DNA of 62,995 nucleotides, the filler included, from Reclinomonas americana ATCC 50394 (Eukaryota), in the NCBI GenBank assembly GCA_048213135.1. It is 13 parts of 13 records of this genome, joined end to end, with 100 filler letters (N's around TTAATTAATTAA, not from the genome) between each part and the next. Parts side by side here need not be neighbours in the genome. Positions count along the whole stretch, not along the records: positions 58,599 to 62,995 come from AFZH01021700.1; 12 more parts are not named here. One strand, written 5' to 3'. Positions 62,928 to 62,995 of this stretch are shown here, piece after piece. Below the pieces are notes generated by a model, which was not told the DNA's origin, made no database searches, and saw nothing but the letters and a program-made list of their open reading frames with translations. Numbering within the stretch: the first letter of the stretch is position 1; each line of letters begins with the position of its first letter. Position numbers and translations under genes: made by a program.

Positions 62928-62995
62928 CTTCTTCTTCTTCTTCTTCTTCTTCTTCTTCTTCTTCTCTCTTCTTCTCTTCTTCTTCTTCTTCTTCT
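62898..62995. repeat. (CTT)n microsatellite
   Basis: Directly visible at the window end. Confidence 0.95.

Overview
The window is 13 contigs of an intron-dense, GC-rich, microsatellite-rich eukaryotic genome, probably a flagellated protist (inferred from a CCDC42/CFAP73-like gene). Twelve artificial 100-nt spacers (N44-TTAATTAATTAA-N44) join the contigs. Four genes read across a spacer, so the contigs are probably ordered within one scaffold. The six-frame ORF track mostly misses the real genes, so I rebuilt them by hand from short exons. Recognised genes: SLC35F6-like transporter, WDR81, EF-hand protein, acetyl-CoA synthetase, a macrodomain-kinase-HECT fusion, a flavin amine oxidase ending in AKL, a Crinkler/RHS-type NTPase+REase, a receiver-domain protein, an ABM-like protein, CAP/Srv2, U1A/U2B'', UVRAG, Rab1, an ankyrin protein, CCDC42-like, SRRM2/Cwc21, MCM5, MCRS1-like, DeSI/PPPDE, a secreted heme peroxidase, tRNA-Tyr with an intron, and a degenerate CCP5/AGBL5. 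The most unusual signals are in splicing: (1) an abundant 5' splice-site class GTTGCG/GTTGAG, which is the normal GTGCG/GTGAG motif displaced by one base and used mostly after a non-G exon end; (2) a 1-nt micro-exon supplying the first P-loop Gly of Rab1; (3) a U12-type AT-AC intron in acetyl-CoA synthetase. The most unusual protein is the macrodomain + non-RD kinase + HECT ligase fusion. All homology calls come from recalled family motifs; no database search was run.
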